In this document: positions 20,302-30,478 of the stretch, piece after piece
Layout of the letters: the number at the start of each line of letters is the position of its first letter
Numbering within the stretch: the first letter of the stretch is position 1
Source: Deltaproteobacteria bacterium
GTDB lineage: Bacteria; CALINM01
Direction of reading: 5' to 3'
Length of the DNA: 64,000 nt
Assembly: GCA_037442505.1 (NCBI GenBank)
Contig: JBBIPZ010000007.1
Location: 3,758-67,757, forward strand
The notes under the pieces: model-generated
Seen by the model: the letters and a program-made list of their open reading frames with translations, nothing else
What the model was told of the DNA's origin: nothing
Database searches by the model: none
Position numbers and translations under genes: made by a program

Positions 20302-20526
20302 ATGATGGTTTTGGGGGAGATAGAAAGAAATCAAACAGAAATACTTAGAGTTTCTTTGGAAAACTTTAAAGGCAGGGATTATATTGACCTTAGAATTTAC
20401 TATCTTGACGAAAATGGCAAAGAATGGAAACCAACTAAAAAAGGAGTCACAGTTGCACCTGATAAGCTTGATCAGGTGATTGGCTTTTTTGAAAAAGCCA
20501 AGGAAGAACTTGCAAAAAAACAGTAG
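20302..20526 (+). CDS. PC4-like single-stranded-DNA-binding small protein (YdbC/PF02229-like)
   Basis: 74 aa: RVSLENFKGRDYIDLRIYY.DENGKEWKPTKKGVTV... matches the bacterial PC4-fold pattern. SD AGGAGG. Confidence 0.5.
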   Translation: MMVLGEIERNQTEILRVSLENFKGRDYIDLRIYYLDENGKEWKPTKKGVTVAPDKLDQVIGFFEKAKEELAKKQ

Positions 20527-20589
20527 CACGTATAGAAATTCACTGTCATTACTAAATGTAAGGTTAAACTTTAATTTTTTGTAATAATG

Positions 20590-20623
20590 ATTGTTAACAT
20601 CTACTTAAATTAAGGTTGACAAT
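20590..20623 (+). promoter_or_regulatory. Candidate BirA operator overlapping the bioB promoter -35
   Basis: Imperfect inverted repeat ATTGTTAAC-N16-GTTGACAAT (one mismatch). The right arm contains TTGACA. Confidence 0.35.
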
Positions 20624-20678
20624 TCTGTGTGTAATTTATTAATATGTCTCTTGTTTTAATTAAACACAGGAGGCAGAG

Positions 20679-21656
20679 ATGTTATCGTATATAGAAAAGT
20701 TAAAAAATCAGGTGTTAGAAGGTTATGAGATAGCTCAATTAGAAGCGCTAAACTTATTTGAAGAGGGAATTAAATCACCATTTTATCTTTTGGCTGCAGC
20801 ATCAGATATAAGAGAACGATTCAAAGGCAAAAAGATAAATCTCTGTGGCATTGTTAATGCAAAGTCGGGTAGATGTGCGGAAAACTGCAAATTTTGCGCT
20901 CAATCATCTTACTATAAAACAGATGCGCCTTCTTATCCATTAATTTCTGCAGATGATATAATCTCACAGGCAAAGGCAGCAAAAGACAACGGAGCGCATA
21001 TGTTTGGTATCGTTACAAGTGGAACTAAAATTAGTAGTGACGCCGAGTGGGACGAAATTTTTATCGCTGTAAAAGGTATAAAAGAGGCTGGGATTTTACC
21101 CTGTGCTTCGCTTGGTATTCTTGACTATGATAAGGCTCTTGCTTTGAAAGAATCAGGGCTTTTTAGATATCACCATAATTTAGAAACCTCAAAATCTTTT
21201 TTCCCAAACATTTGTTCAACACATGATTATGAAGAAGATGTTAAAACCGTTGAAGCAGCAAAGGCAGCCGGGTTATCCACGTGTTGTGGTGGAATAATAG
21301 GTTTAGGCGAGACGATAGAACATCGGATAGAATTGGCAATCCTGCTTAGAGAACTTGATGTTGATTCTGTGCCGATAAACATACTCAATCCCATTGTTGG
21401 CACACCACTTGAAAATGCAAAAGCTTTATCTCCTATTGAAATTTTATGTAGTATCGCTATTTTTCGTTTTATTTTGCCCCAAAAAGATATTAAACTATGT
21501 GGCGGTAAGGAAAAAAATTTAAGACAGCTTTTGCCGCTTGGTATTATTGCAGGCTGTAACTCATTAATGACTGGCAACTATCTTACTACTGCAGGGAGGG
21601 ATACCGCTCTGGATTACGAAATGATTGCTGACTTAGGGCTTAAGGCTGTTATTTAA
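20679..21656 (+). CDS. bioB: Biotin synthase
   Basis: Radical SAM CxxxCxxC (CAENCKFC) and the BioB family pattern. Confidence 0.9.
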   Translation: MLSYIEKLKNQVLEGYEIAQLEALNLFEEGIKSPFYLLAAASDIRERFKGKKINLCGIVNAKSGRCAENCKFCAQSSYYKTDAPSYPLISADDIISQAKAAKDNGAHMFGIVTSGTKISSDAEWDEIFIAVKGIKEAGILPCASLGILDYDKALALKESGLFRYHHNLETSKSFFPNICSTHDYEEDVKTVEAAKAAGLSTCCGGIIGLGETIEHRIELAILLRELDVDSVPINILNPIVGTPLENAKALSPIEILCSIAIFRFILPQKDIKLCGGKEKNLRQLLPLGIIAGCNSLMTGNYLTTAGRDTALDYEMIADLGLKAVI

Positions 21657-21668
21657 TGGGGGCAAATT

Positions 21669-23513
21669 ATGATGGCAAAAGGAACGCACAAGATTCTTTA
21701 TCTTGGTGCAGATGATGTTTTTTTTAAAGAGCTTCAAGATATTTTTGTAAGTGAACCTGTTTTTTTGGAACATTTTTTAAGAGAGAGTCTTTCTTTTGCT
21801 ATCCTGCCACAAAAGGATTACTCTGTCATAATCGTTGACGCAGATTATAAAACCCCACTCACCTTTATAGAAACGCTTAGAGTGATATACAAAGATTTCT
21901 TTAAACCTTACATAATGCTTCTTGCTAAATTGGAACAGGTAAAATCTCTAAAAAATTTGATAAACTTTAAAAACTATCCTGATGATATCTGCCTTAAAAA
22001 CATCGATAAAAAATGTATTGCAAACCAGATACTTTTTGGTTGTTCGAGTTCTATATGCACAAAAGATGCTTTATGTAGCGCTGGGGAAATACAAAAAGGC
22101 GATTTTAAAGATTTATCTTATGGTAGTTTGTTGTTCAAGCTTTATAAGGAAAAATTTACTGGGAGACTGATAATAGACAGCTTTTCTGATAGGGCTGTTT
22201 TTTCATTTTTAAATGGGGAGCCTGTTGATATTAAATTCAACAGGATACTATTTACATTGGGAAGGATATTGCTAAGGCGTGGCCTTTTAGATGAAGAGAC
22301 ATATTTAAAATCTATGGAGTATATGAATGAAAAAAATATTAGGCATGGCGATGCATTGGTTGAGATGGGTATACTTTCAACATCAACAATAGTTGATATG
22401 ATTGAAGAGCAGTATAAAGAAAAATTGATGTTTTTCTTCTCAAAATTTAATGGCAATTTTTTGCTTGTCCAGAGTGATGTTGAGTTTACTATTCACCCGA
22501 AAGTGGACGTCTTTAATCTAATTTATGCAGGCGTAATGCAGTATTGTTCTGCTAAATATCTTACAGAGAAGTTTTTACTATATAAAAATAAATTCGTTGC
22601 ATTAACTGAAAACTTTACACTCTTTAATAAAAAACTCCCATTTACGGAGAATGAGCATCTACTGTTATCAAGATTAGAGTCTGCACCAGAATTGATAGAA
22701 GTTTTTGAAAGCACGTCACTCGATTTAACTCATATTTTAAAACTTTTCGAGATAATCACAATTTGTGAGATGGCAAAATTTGCTGATACTAAAGCAGATG
22801 CATTGGAGATTACTAAATGGACACAGCCAAAGATGATAGAATTAAAAAATAAGATTAATGCTGATTATATGAGTCTTAAAGAAAAAAACTATTATGAAGT
22901 GTTAGGATTAAAACAGGATTGTGATAACTCGGAGATAAAAAAACGTTACTTTGAGAAGGTGAAAAATTACCATCCTGATACTTACAATCATTTGGGATTG
23001 GACAAGGATTTGATGTCTAAGGTAAATGAAATGTTCCAGTTGATACAGATAGCTTATCAAACTCTCTCAAATCAAGAATCAAGAAAAAATTATGATGCTA
23101 TAATATCTTCAACTTTTGTGAACGAAGCGATGAAGAAGAGTAGTGACATTATCAATGCAGAGATTGCATTTAAAAAAGGAGAGTTCTTATTTAAGAAAAG
23201 AAATTATAAGGATGCAGAAGGCTACTTTAGAACAGCTGTAAATCTTTATTGGAAAGAACCAGAATATCTAATTAGCCTTGCTGTTACCCTGATGTTTATT
23301 GATAATAAAAAAATAGAAAAGCTGGAAGAAGCGAAATCTCTGCTCGAAAAGGCTATTTATATTAACCCTTATTATGACAAGTCTTATCATTATCTTGGTA
23401 TTTTTTATAAACTTACCGGAAATACAGCTGAGGCAAAGGCTTGCTTAAAAAAGGCGGTTGAGCTAAACCCTTCAAACAAAGAAGCGATCATGGAGTTAAA
23501 AAGCCTTGAGTAG
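21669..23513 (+). CDS. Multi-domain protein with a degenerate receiver-like N-terminus, a DUF4388-like domain, a J domain and C-terminal TPR repeats
   Basis: KILYLGADD...VIIVDADYKT (REC-like), LLFKLYKEKFTGRLII...NGEPVDI (DUF4388-like), YYEVLGL...KKRYF...HPD (J domain with HPD), TPR-like C-terminus. Sits between bioB and bioF. Confidence 0.6.
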   Translation: MMAKGTHKILYLGADDVFFKELQDIFVSEPVFLEHFLRESLSFAILPQKDYSVIIVDADYKTPLTFIETLRVIYKDFFKPYIMLLAKLEQVKSLKNLINFKNYPDDICLKNIDKKCIANQILFGCSSSICTKDALCSAGEIQKGDFKDLSYGSLLFKLYKEKFTGRLIIDSFSDRAVFSFLNGEPVDIKFNRILFTLGRILLRRGLLDEETYLKSMEYMNEKNIRHGDALVEMGILSTSTIVDMIEEQYKEKLMFFFSKFNGNFLLVQSDVEFTIHPKVDVFNLIYAGVMQYCSAKYLTEKFLLYKNKFVALTENFTLFNKKLPFTENEHLLLSRLESAPELIEVFESTSLDLTHILKLFEIITICEMAKFADTKADALEITKWTQPKMIELKNKINADYMSLKEKNYYEVLGLKQDCDNSEIKKRYFEKVKNYHPDTYNHLGLDKDLMSKVNEMFQLIQIAYQTLSNQESRKNYDAIISSTFVNEAMKKSSDIINAEIAFKKGEFLFKKRNYKDAEGYFRTAVNLYWKEPEYLISLAVTLMFIDNKKIEKLEEAKSLLEKAIYINPYYDKSYHYLGIFYKLTGNTAEAKACLKKAVELNPSNKEAIMELKSLE

Positions 23514-24675
23514 TTTTGAAATTCAGATACGAGAAGAACTTGAAAGTTTATCTGCTGATGGGCTTTTGCGAACTGTTGATAGTATTGAAACAGGGTGTTT
23601 TTCTCAAATCACGATTGATGGGCAAACATTTCTAAATTTTTGCTCAAATAATTATCTTGCTCTAAATGGACATCCTTATATCGCAAATGCAATGAAAAAA
23701 GCAATTGATCTTTGGGGAACATCCTGTTCTGCATCAAGATTAATTGTTGGCAGTATTAAACTTTTTGAAGAGGCTGAAGAGCGCTTAGCTGGTTTTAAAA
23801 GAAAAGAAGCTGCTTTAATCTTCCCTTCAGGGTATCAAGCCAATGTCTCGGTTATTGCTACCCTGGCATCGTCTGAAGATAACATATTTAGTGATCAGCT
23901 AAATCATGCAAGCATTATTGATGGTTGTAAGTTAAGCAGGGCAAAATTATCTATTTATAGACATAGAGATGTAAACAACTTAGAAGATTTGTTAAAAAAT
24001 TCAAAATCAAGAAGAAAGATTATCGTAACAGATGGTGTCTTTAGTATGGATGGTGATATTGCTCCTCTTAAAGAGATAAGCGAGCTTGCAGACAGGTACG
24101 ATGCAGTAGTTATTGTTGATGATGCTCATGCAACAGGTGTTTTGGGAAAGGACGGTAAAGGCACATTAGAACTGTTTGACTTACAACAAAAGAAAAACAT
24201 AATGGTGTTGGGTACAGGAGGGAAGGCCTTAGGCGTTGGTGGAGCATTTTTTTGTTGTCCTGACTATATAAAGCAGTATCTGATCAATAAATCGAGAGGT
24301 TTTATTTACACTACTGCCACTGTTCCTGCAATTCCCGCCGGGCTTATGGCTTCCTTGGATGTAATAGTTAATGAACCAGATAGACGAAAAAGACTACATG
24401 AGCTGTCTAATTATTTTCATCAGAGATTAAAGGCAGAAGGATTTATGACTTCCAAAACACCTTCCCATATATTGCCACTAATTATTGGAGACAATCAAAA
24501 GGTAATAGATATGGCATTGATTCTAAGAAAAAACGGCATATATGTTAAACCTATTAGATTTCCTACCGTCCCAAAGGGCACCGAGCGAATAAGATTTAGC
24601 CTGACCTCACATCACACAAAAGAAGATGTTGATAAGGTTATTGACATAATAAAATCATATATTTTATTGCGTTAA
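23506..24675 (+). CDS. bioF: 8-amino-7-oxononanoate synthase (PLP-dependent)
   Basis: AONS family pattern, PLP lysine region (SMDGDIAPL). TTG start overlapping the upstream stop. Confidence 0.8.
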   Translation: MSSFEIQIREELESLSADGLLRTVDSIETGCFSQITIDGQTFLNFCSNNYLALNGHPYIANAMKKAIDLWGTSCSASRLIVGSIKLFEEAEERLAGFKRKEAALIFPSGYQANVSVIATLASSEDNIFSDQLNHASIIDGCKLSRAKLSIYRHRDVNNLEDLLKNSKSRRKIIVTDGVFSMDGDIAPLKEISELADRYDAVVIVDDAHATGVLGKDGKGTLELFDLQQKKNIMVLGTGGKALGVGGAFFCCPDYIKQYLINKSRGFIYTTATVPAIPAGLMASLDVIVNEPDRRKRLHELSNYFHQRLKAEGFMTSKTPSHILPLIIGDNQKVIDMALILRKNGIYVKPIRFPTVPKGTERIRFSLTSHHTKEDVDKVIDIIKSYILLR

Positions 24676-24686
24676 AAGAGGTTGTT

Positions 24687-26030
24687 ATGAATATTAGAGA
24701 GAAAGATAAAGCGTATCTATGGCATCCATTTACGCAAATGAGAGATTGGTTGAGTGAAGAACCACTTGTTATCGAAAGAGGTGTGGGTAACTATCTTATT
24801 GATGATAAAGGAAATAAATATCTCGATGGCGTTTCTTCATTATGGGTAACTGTTCATGGACATAATCATCCTAAGATTAATGAGGCGATAAAAAATCAAC
24901 TTGACAAAATTGCACATTCTACAATGCTTGGGCTTACCAATCCCAAAGCGGTAGATTTGGCGGAAAAACTTATAAGTATAGTGCCTATGGGATTGAGAAG
25001 GGTGTTTTATTCCGACAACGGTTCCACATCAGTTGAGATTGCTTTAAAGATGGCTTTTCAGTATTTTCAACACAAAGGTAAGTTGTCCCGTACTAAATTT
25101 GCGTATCTAAGTAATGCCTATCATGGAGATACTATTGGAGCTGTGAGCGTAGGTGGGATAGAACTTTTTCACAGCACATTTAAGCCCTTACTTTTTGAAG
25201 GTTTCAAATTGCCATCACCTTATTGTTACCGTTGTGAGCTTGGTAAAGATAGAGAAAATTGCGGAAAAGACTGTTTGAAGAAAACTAAAGAGATACTTGA
25301 GAAAAACAGAGAAAAAATTGCAGCATTAATTATGGAGCCTCTTGTGCAGGGTGCTGCTGGAATGATAACACAGCCAGAAGGGTATCTAAGAGAAATAGCG
25401 GATATTTGTAAAGAAAACAATATACTATTGATACTCGATGAAGTTGCTACAGGCTTTGGTAGAACTGGCAAGATGTTTGCCTGCCAACACGAAGATGTTA
25501 CGCCCGATTTCCTTTGTGTTTCTAAAGGTATAACAGGCGGTTATCTGCCACTTGCAGCTACCATAACGACAGAAGATGTCTTCAATGCGTTTTTAGGGGA
25601 ATATAGCGAGTTTAAGACATTTTTTCATGGACATACATATACTGGAAACCCTTTAGCGTGCGCCGCAGCTATAGCAAATTTAGAGTTGTTCAACACTGAA
25701 CACACTTTAGAAAAAATGCAGGATAACATATCGTTTTTTGCGAAAAAGTTGGAGATGTTTAAGTCATATAAATATGTTGGTGAAGTGAGACAGCGCGGAT
25801 ATATGGTTGGCATAGAGATCGTAAAAGACAAACGAACAAAAGAGATGTTTCCTGTAGAAGACAAAGTTTGTATAAAAATCTCTGCAAAGGCAAGGGATTT
25901 TAATATTATCACGCGCCCCTTGGGTAATGTTCTTGTAATGATGCCACCGCTTGGTATTACAAAACAGGAGATAGAAATTTTATGCGAAGGTATCTACAAT
26001 AGTATGCTTATGATTCTGGAGAAAAGATGA
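24687..26030 (+). CDS. bioA: Adenosylmethionine-8-amino-7-oxononanoate aminotransferase
   Basis: WHPFTQM N-terminus and class III aminotransferase motifs. Confidence 0.9.
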   Translation: MNIREKDKAYLWHPFTQMRDWLSEEPLVIERGVGNYLIDDKGNKYLDGVSSLWVTVHGHNHPKINEAIKNQLDKIAHSTMLGLTNPKAVDLAEKLISIVPMGLRRVFYSDNGSTSVEIALKMAFQYFQHKGKLSRTKFAYLSNAYHGDTIGAVSVGGIELFHSTFKPLLFEGFKLPSPYCYRCELGKDRENCGKDCLKKTKEILEKNREKIAALIMEPLVQGAAGMITQPEGYLREIADICKENNILLILDEVATGFGRTGKMFACQHEDVTPDFLCVSKGITGGYLPLAATITTEDVFNAFLGEYSEFKTFFHGHTYTGNPLACAAAIANLELFNTEHTLEKMQDNISFFAKKLEMFKSYKYVGEVRQRGYMVGIEIVKDKRTKEMFPVEDKVCIKISAKARDFNIITRPLGNVLVMMPPLGITKQEIEILCEGIYNSMLMILEKR

Positions 26031-26674
26031 GATACTTCGTTACTGGAACTGATACTGGTGTCGGCAAAACGTATGTTTTATCGTTAATTCTCAAATTTTT
26101 TATTGCAAACGGTTATTATCCATCTGTGATGAAACCTATAGAGACAGGATGTAGTACATATAAAGGCGAACTTATTCCAGAAGATGGTTTGCAGCTTTCT
26201 GATATTGTTAAAATGAGCAACCAGTTAGATAAGGTTGTGCCTTATAGATTTGAGACACCAGTAGCACCTTATGTTGCATCACTTTTAGAAAATAAAGAGA
26301 TAGATTTAAATAACATAAAACAGCTTTCTGATAATCTCAAAGAGCCTTTATTTGTAGAAGGAGCTGGTGGACTAATGGTACCTATCAAGAGAAATTTTTT
26401 TATGATAGACCTTGTAAACTATTTAAATCTTGAAGTGATATTTATTTCTCCACTTCGCTTAGGAACAATAAATCAGACGCTGCTGAATATAGAAGCAATG
26501 GAAAGGCGTAACCTTAAGATAAAAGGCATAATTCTAAACGATACAGACGGTATAGTAACACCAGCAACAAGAACAAACCCTGAGGTATTAAAAGAGCTTC
26601 AACCTTATCCTGTAATTGCGGTTGTGCCTTACAAATGTTTAGCTTTACCTGATTTTTCTGCATTGTTGCGGTAA
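26027..26674 (+). CDS. bioD: Dethiobiotin synthetase
   Basis: P-loop GTDTGVGKT. ATGA overlap with bioA. Confidence 0.8.
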   Translation: MRYFVTGTDTGVGKTYVLSLILKFFIANGYYPSVMKPIETGCSTYKGELIPEDGLQLSDIVKMSNQLDKVVPYRFETPVAPYVASLLENKEIDLNNIKQLSDNLKEPLFVEGAGGLMVPIKRNFFMIDLVNYLNLEVIFISPLRLGTINQTLLNIEAMERRNLKIKGIILNDTDGIVTPATRTNPEVLKELQPYPVIAVVPYKCLALPDFSALLR

Positions 26675-26727
26675 TAAAAATAATTTCCTTTAAAAAAATA
26701 TAATTTTCTTGTTGTGAAAATGGCTTC

Positions 26728-26756
26728 TTGACAATTCATCTTTTTTTGCTATTAAT
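26728..26756 (+). promoter_or_regulatory. Sigma70-like promoter giving a leaderless transcript for the CODH cluster
   Basis: TTGACA at 26728-26733, then 16-17 nt to TATTAA/ATTAAT. The ATG at 26763 lies about 7 nt after the -10 and has no SD. Confidence 0.35.
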
Positions 26757-26762
26757 AACATT

Positions 26763-27971
26763 ATGCATCTGGTAATAATTGGTTTAAGTGCCGCAGGTCT
26801 TACTGCTTTGGATACACTTGTAAAACATGCTAAGGACTGTAAAATAACAGTAGTTACAGAAGAACGATATGAACCATATTCACGCTGTCTTCTAACTAAC
26901 TATCTTGGCACAGAAATTGGACTTGGTAACCTTTTTATTTCTAACTCATCATTGTATCCTGCTAATGTAAAATGTATTTTTGGTAAAAAAGTAGTTAGTA
27001 TTGATAAAGATTCTAAAAAGCTGATACTGGGCGATGGTAGTTTTATTTTTTACGATAAGTTATTACTTGCTACTGGTGCTGAACCCATTAAACCAGCTTA
27101 TGCACTTAAAGCTAAAAGAGTGTTTACGTTAAGACGCATTCAGGATGTTAGCAAAATTTGCGAAAAACTCAACGATAAGGCGATAGTATTGGGTGGTGGA
27201 TTTGTAGGGATAAAAACCGCTTATGGGTTGCTTGAAAGGGATGTTAGGGTAAATCTTGTTATTTCATCTGCATATCCGTTATCAATGATACTTGATGAAG
27301 AATTGGGAAAGATTGTCGAAAGAGAGTTAAAGGATCTTGGAATATCGGTGTTTACAAATAGCGATGTTGTTGAAATTGCAAAAAAGCCCAATGGCATTTA
27401 TGCTGTTTTATCGTCAAACAAAACATTAGAGAGCGATGTGGTCATTGTGGGAAAAGGCGTCACGCCAAGAATAGAACTTGCAGAATCTGCTGGTGTTGCG
27501 ATTAATAAAGGAATCCTTGTAAACAGCTTTTTAGAGACATCAGTAAAAGATATCTTTGCTGCAGGGGATTGTGTTGAGGCATATGATATCACAAGGAAAG
27601 ATAATTTTATTAACGCAATCTGGCCAAATGCTGTAGAACAGGGCTATTATGCCGCAATGAATATGTTAGGTAACTGCTTGAGTTATTCAGGCAGCATAGG
27701 TTGTAACAGTTTAAAGACTAAAACGTTTCATTTAATTACTGCAGGGATTCTAAAAGGTAAGGATGTAAAGACATATAGACATTATGTGGCATCAAAAAAA
27801 CAGCTTCGTGAAGTTGCTTTTATTGATGACATACCAGTAGGAATGGCATTTTTAAATTCATTTGAAGACGCAGGTGTGCTAGTTAATTTGATTAAAAGGG
27901 GAGAGCCTATCAATTGTTTTCCCGAACAGTTAGTTAACGGAGAATATAATTTACTGCAAAACTTATTTTAG
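26763..27971 (+). CDS. FAD-dependent pyridine nucleotide-disulfide-family NAD(P)H oxidoreductase
   Basis: Two Rossmann dinucleotide motifs (VIIGLSAAG; VLGGGFVG) and a possible redox Cys (YSRC). Confidence 0.7.
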   Translation: MHLVIIGLSAAGLTALDTLVKHAKDCKITVVTEERYEPYSRCLLTNYLGTEIGLGNLFISNSSLYPANVKCIFGKKVVSIDKDSKKLILGDGSFIFYDKLLLATGAEPIKPAYALKAKRVFTLRRIQDVSKICEKLNDKAIVLGGGFVGIKTAYGLLERDVRVNLVISSAYPLSMILDEELGKIVERELKDLGISVFTNSDVVEIAKKPNGIYAVLSSNKTLESDVVIVGKGVTPRIELAESAGVAINKGILVNSFLETSVKDIFAAGDCVEAYDITRKDNFINAIWPNAVEQGYYAAMNMLGNCLSYSGSIGCNSLKTKTFHLITAGILKGKDVKTYRHYVASKKQLREVAFIDDIPVGMAFLNSFEDAGVLVNLIKRGEPINCFPEQLVNGEYNLLQNLF

Positions 27972-27973
27972 AG

Positions 27974-28582
27974 GTGATTTTTATGAAAACAGTTATAGTT
28001 AAACCCGAACGTTGTTTAGGTTGTTTGCAGTGCAGATTTGCATGTGCAGTGGCACATTCAAGGTCGAAGGATAGCTACACAGCTATCCGAGAAACACCTT
28101 TATCAAAACCAAGAATTCATATCGGACTTTTTAAAAACGCATCTCCCTTCCCAAACAAGTGTCGTCATTGTGATCCGGCACCATGTGAGAGGGCTTGTAT
28201 AACAAGGGCAATTTATCGTAACGAAGAGAAAAATATTGTCCTTATAGATCCTACACGCTGTATCAATTGTGGTATGTGTGCAATGGCATGCCCATTTGGT
28301 GTTGTGAGGTATCATGTCCAATTTAACAACAAGCTTGCTGCGCATAAGTGTGATCAATGTATTTTGAGACAAAGCGAAGGAAATGTGCCAGCTTGTGTAG
28401 AATCCTGCAAGGTAGGAGCGCTCGTATTTGGTGAAATTAATCATGAAATGGATAAAGAAACTGCTAAAGTTGCAGAACTTGTATGGTTAGGCATCCGTGA
28501 TAAAACTGAAAAAAGTGATGATGGCTTTAACACTTTAAAAGATTATAAAGCAAAATTAATTGAGATTGCCAGAAGGAGGTAG
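27974..28582 (+). CDS. CooF-like polyferredoxin (several 4Fe-4S clusters)
   Basis: Repeated CxxCxxC...CP motifs (CLGCLQCRFAC; CRHCDPAPC; CINCGMCAMACP; CDQC...C). Confidence 0.7.
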   Translation: MIFMKTVIVKPERCLGCLQCRFACAVAHSRSKDSYTAIRETPLSKPRIHIGLFKNASPFPNKCRHCDPAPCERACITRAIYRNEEKNIVLIDPTRCINCGMCAMACPFGVVRYHVQFNNKLAAHKCDQCILRQSEGNVPACVESCKVGALVFGEINHEMDKETAKVAELVWLGIRDKTEKSDDGFNTLKDYKAKLIEIARRR

Positions 28583-28587
28583 AGCAC

Positions 28588-30456
28588 ATGAAAGACTATA
28601 AAGATTACAGTATATGTAGTGATGCTCAACTGATGCTTAAAAAGGCAGAAACGGATAATGTAGAAACAGTCTGGGACAGACACAAAAAACAACAACCTCA
28701 TTGTGGATATTGTGAATTGGGGCTTTCTTGTAGAATATGTGCTATGGGACCGTGTAGAATTGACCCTTTTGGCGAAGGTCCACAAAAAGGTGTCTGTGGT
28801 GCAGATGCTGATATAATGGTTTCAAGAAACCTTGCGAGGATGATAGCTGCGGGTTCGGCATCTCATTCTGACCATGGAAGAGATCTTGTAGAAGTGTTAT
28901 ATAAAATTGGTGAAGGTAAGACTTCAGGTTATACAATTAAAGACGCCCAAAAGTTGAAAACGGTAGCTAAAGAGTATGGCATTGACGTGTCTGGTAAAGA
29001 TGAAAAAAGTATTGCAAAAGAATTGGCGTTAGCAATGATGGAAGATTATGGGATGAAGAAAGAAGCGATTACTTTTATTTCGAGAGCTCCTGCGAAGAGG
29101 GTAGAACTCTGGAGAAAATTACGCGTTCTTCCGAGGGGAATAGATAGGGAAACATCTGAAATGATGCATCGAACACATATGGGGGTGGATAATGATTATG
29201 TGTCTATCCTTTTACAGGCAGTGAGAAATAGTCTTTCTGATGGATATGGCGGTTCAATGATAGGAACAGAAGTTTCTGATATCATTTTTGGTACTCCCAG
29301 ACCCGCTTTTTCTTCTGTAAATTTGGGCGTGCTAAAAGAAGATATGGTTAATATACTTGTCCATGGACATAATCCCGTTGTTTCAGAGATGGTTTTTCTT
29401 GCTGTTAACGACCCTGCTATGATTGATGAAGCAAAGAAGGTAGGTGCAAATGGTATTAATCTTGCTGGACTTTGTTGTACAGGCAACGAATTAATGATGA
29501 GAAAGCAGGTGCCGATGGCTGGTAATCATTTGATGACGGAGCTAACAATGGTTACAGGTGTTGTTGAGGCAATAATTGTTGACTATCAATGTATAATGCC
29601 AGCACTTGGAGATGTTGCAAAGTGTTATCACACAAAGCTCTTTTCTACATCTGATAAAGCTAAATTTCCTTTTATGGAACATATTGAGTTTAATCCTGAA
29701 AATGCAAAAGAACAGGCTTATAAAATTGTTAGCATTGCTATACAAAACTTTAAAAATAGACGAAAAGATCGCATTAACATACCTGTTAGTCCTGTAAAAT
29801 CAATGACTGGTTTTTCAGTAGAGTCTATCGTAGAGGCTTTGGGTGGTTCTTTAACACCGTTGATAGAAGCAATCAAAGCAGGCAAGATTAAAGGGGCAGT
29901 TGGTGTAGTTGGTTGTAACAATCCAAAAGTGAAACAGGACTATGGGCATGTTGAGCTTATTAAGAAACTGATTGCAAATGATATTCTTGTTTTGACAACT
30001 GGTTGTGCAAATGTCGCAGCAGGCAAGGCAGGATTACAGTTGCCAGAGGCTAAAGAAATAGCTGGATCAGGTTTAAAAGAAATATGTGGTGCACTGGGAA
30101 TCCCCCCTTCTTTACACGTTGGTTCTTGTGTAGATAATTCTCGTATTCTTGTTATAGCATGTGCATTGGCAAATGCCTTAGGTGTTGATGTCTCTGATCT
30201 GCCGCTTGCTGGTGCTGCTCCAGAGTGGTATTCAGAGAAGGCTGTGGCGATAGGTTTTTATGTGATGGCTACTGGAATATTTACAGTTTTAGGAGTAATG
30301 CCGCCAATACTTGGCAGTAAAAATATTACTAATCTTGCTATCAATGGACTAAAGGATGTTTTTGGAGCAGCATTTGCTGTTGAGCCAGACCCATTGAAAG
30401 CTGCGGATTTAATTATTGAACATATAAACCAGAAAAGGAAAAAGTTAGGAATCTAA
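28588..30456 (+). CDS. cooS: Anaerobic Ni-dependent carbon monoxide dehydrogenase catalytic subunit
   Basis: 622 aa. N-terminal [20 protein letters not shown] cluster-D/B motif; C-cluster ligand motifs GVVGCNN and [10 protein letters not shown]. Not the shorter hybrid-cluster protein. Confidence 0.85.
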   Translation: MKDYKDYSICSDAQLMLKKAETDNVETVWDRHKKQQPHCGYCELGLSCRICAMGPCRIDPFGEGPQKGVCGADADIMVSRNLARMIAAGSASHSDHGRDLVEVLYKIGEGKTSGYTIKDAQKLKTVAKEYGIDVSGKDEKSIAKELALAMMEDYGMKKEAITFISRAPAKRVELWRKLRVLPRGIDRETSEMMHRTHMGVDNDYVSILLQAVRNSLSDGYGGSMIGTEVSDIIFGTPRPAFSSVNLGVLKEDMVNILVHGHNPVVSEMVFLAVNDPAMIDEAKKVGANGINLAGLCCTGNELMMRKQVPMAGNHLMTELTMVTGVVEAIIVDYQCIMPALGDVAKCYHTKLFSTSDKAKFPFMEHIEFNPENAKEQAYKIVSIAIQNFKNRRKDRINIPVSPVKSMTGFSVESIVEALGGSLTPLIEAIKAGKIKGAVGVVGCNNPKVKQDYGHVELIKKLIANDILVLTTGCANVAAGKAGLQLPEAKEIAGSGLKEICGALGIPPSLHVGSCVDNSRILVIACALANALGVDVSDLPLAGAAPEWYSEKAVAIGFYVMATGIFTVLGVMPPILGSKNITNLAINGLKDVFGAAFAVEPDPLKAADLIIEHINQKRKKLGI

Positions 30457-30478
30457 AGATATAAATTGGAGGTTATTT

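Noticed and set aside
28588-30456. Initial impression of a hybrid-cluster protein (Hcp)
   Set aside because: Its length (622 aa), the N-terminal CxxC...CRIC...GPC motif and the GSCVDNSR C-cluster motif match Ni-CODH CooS, not Hcp.
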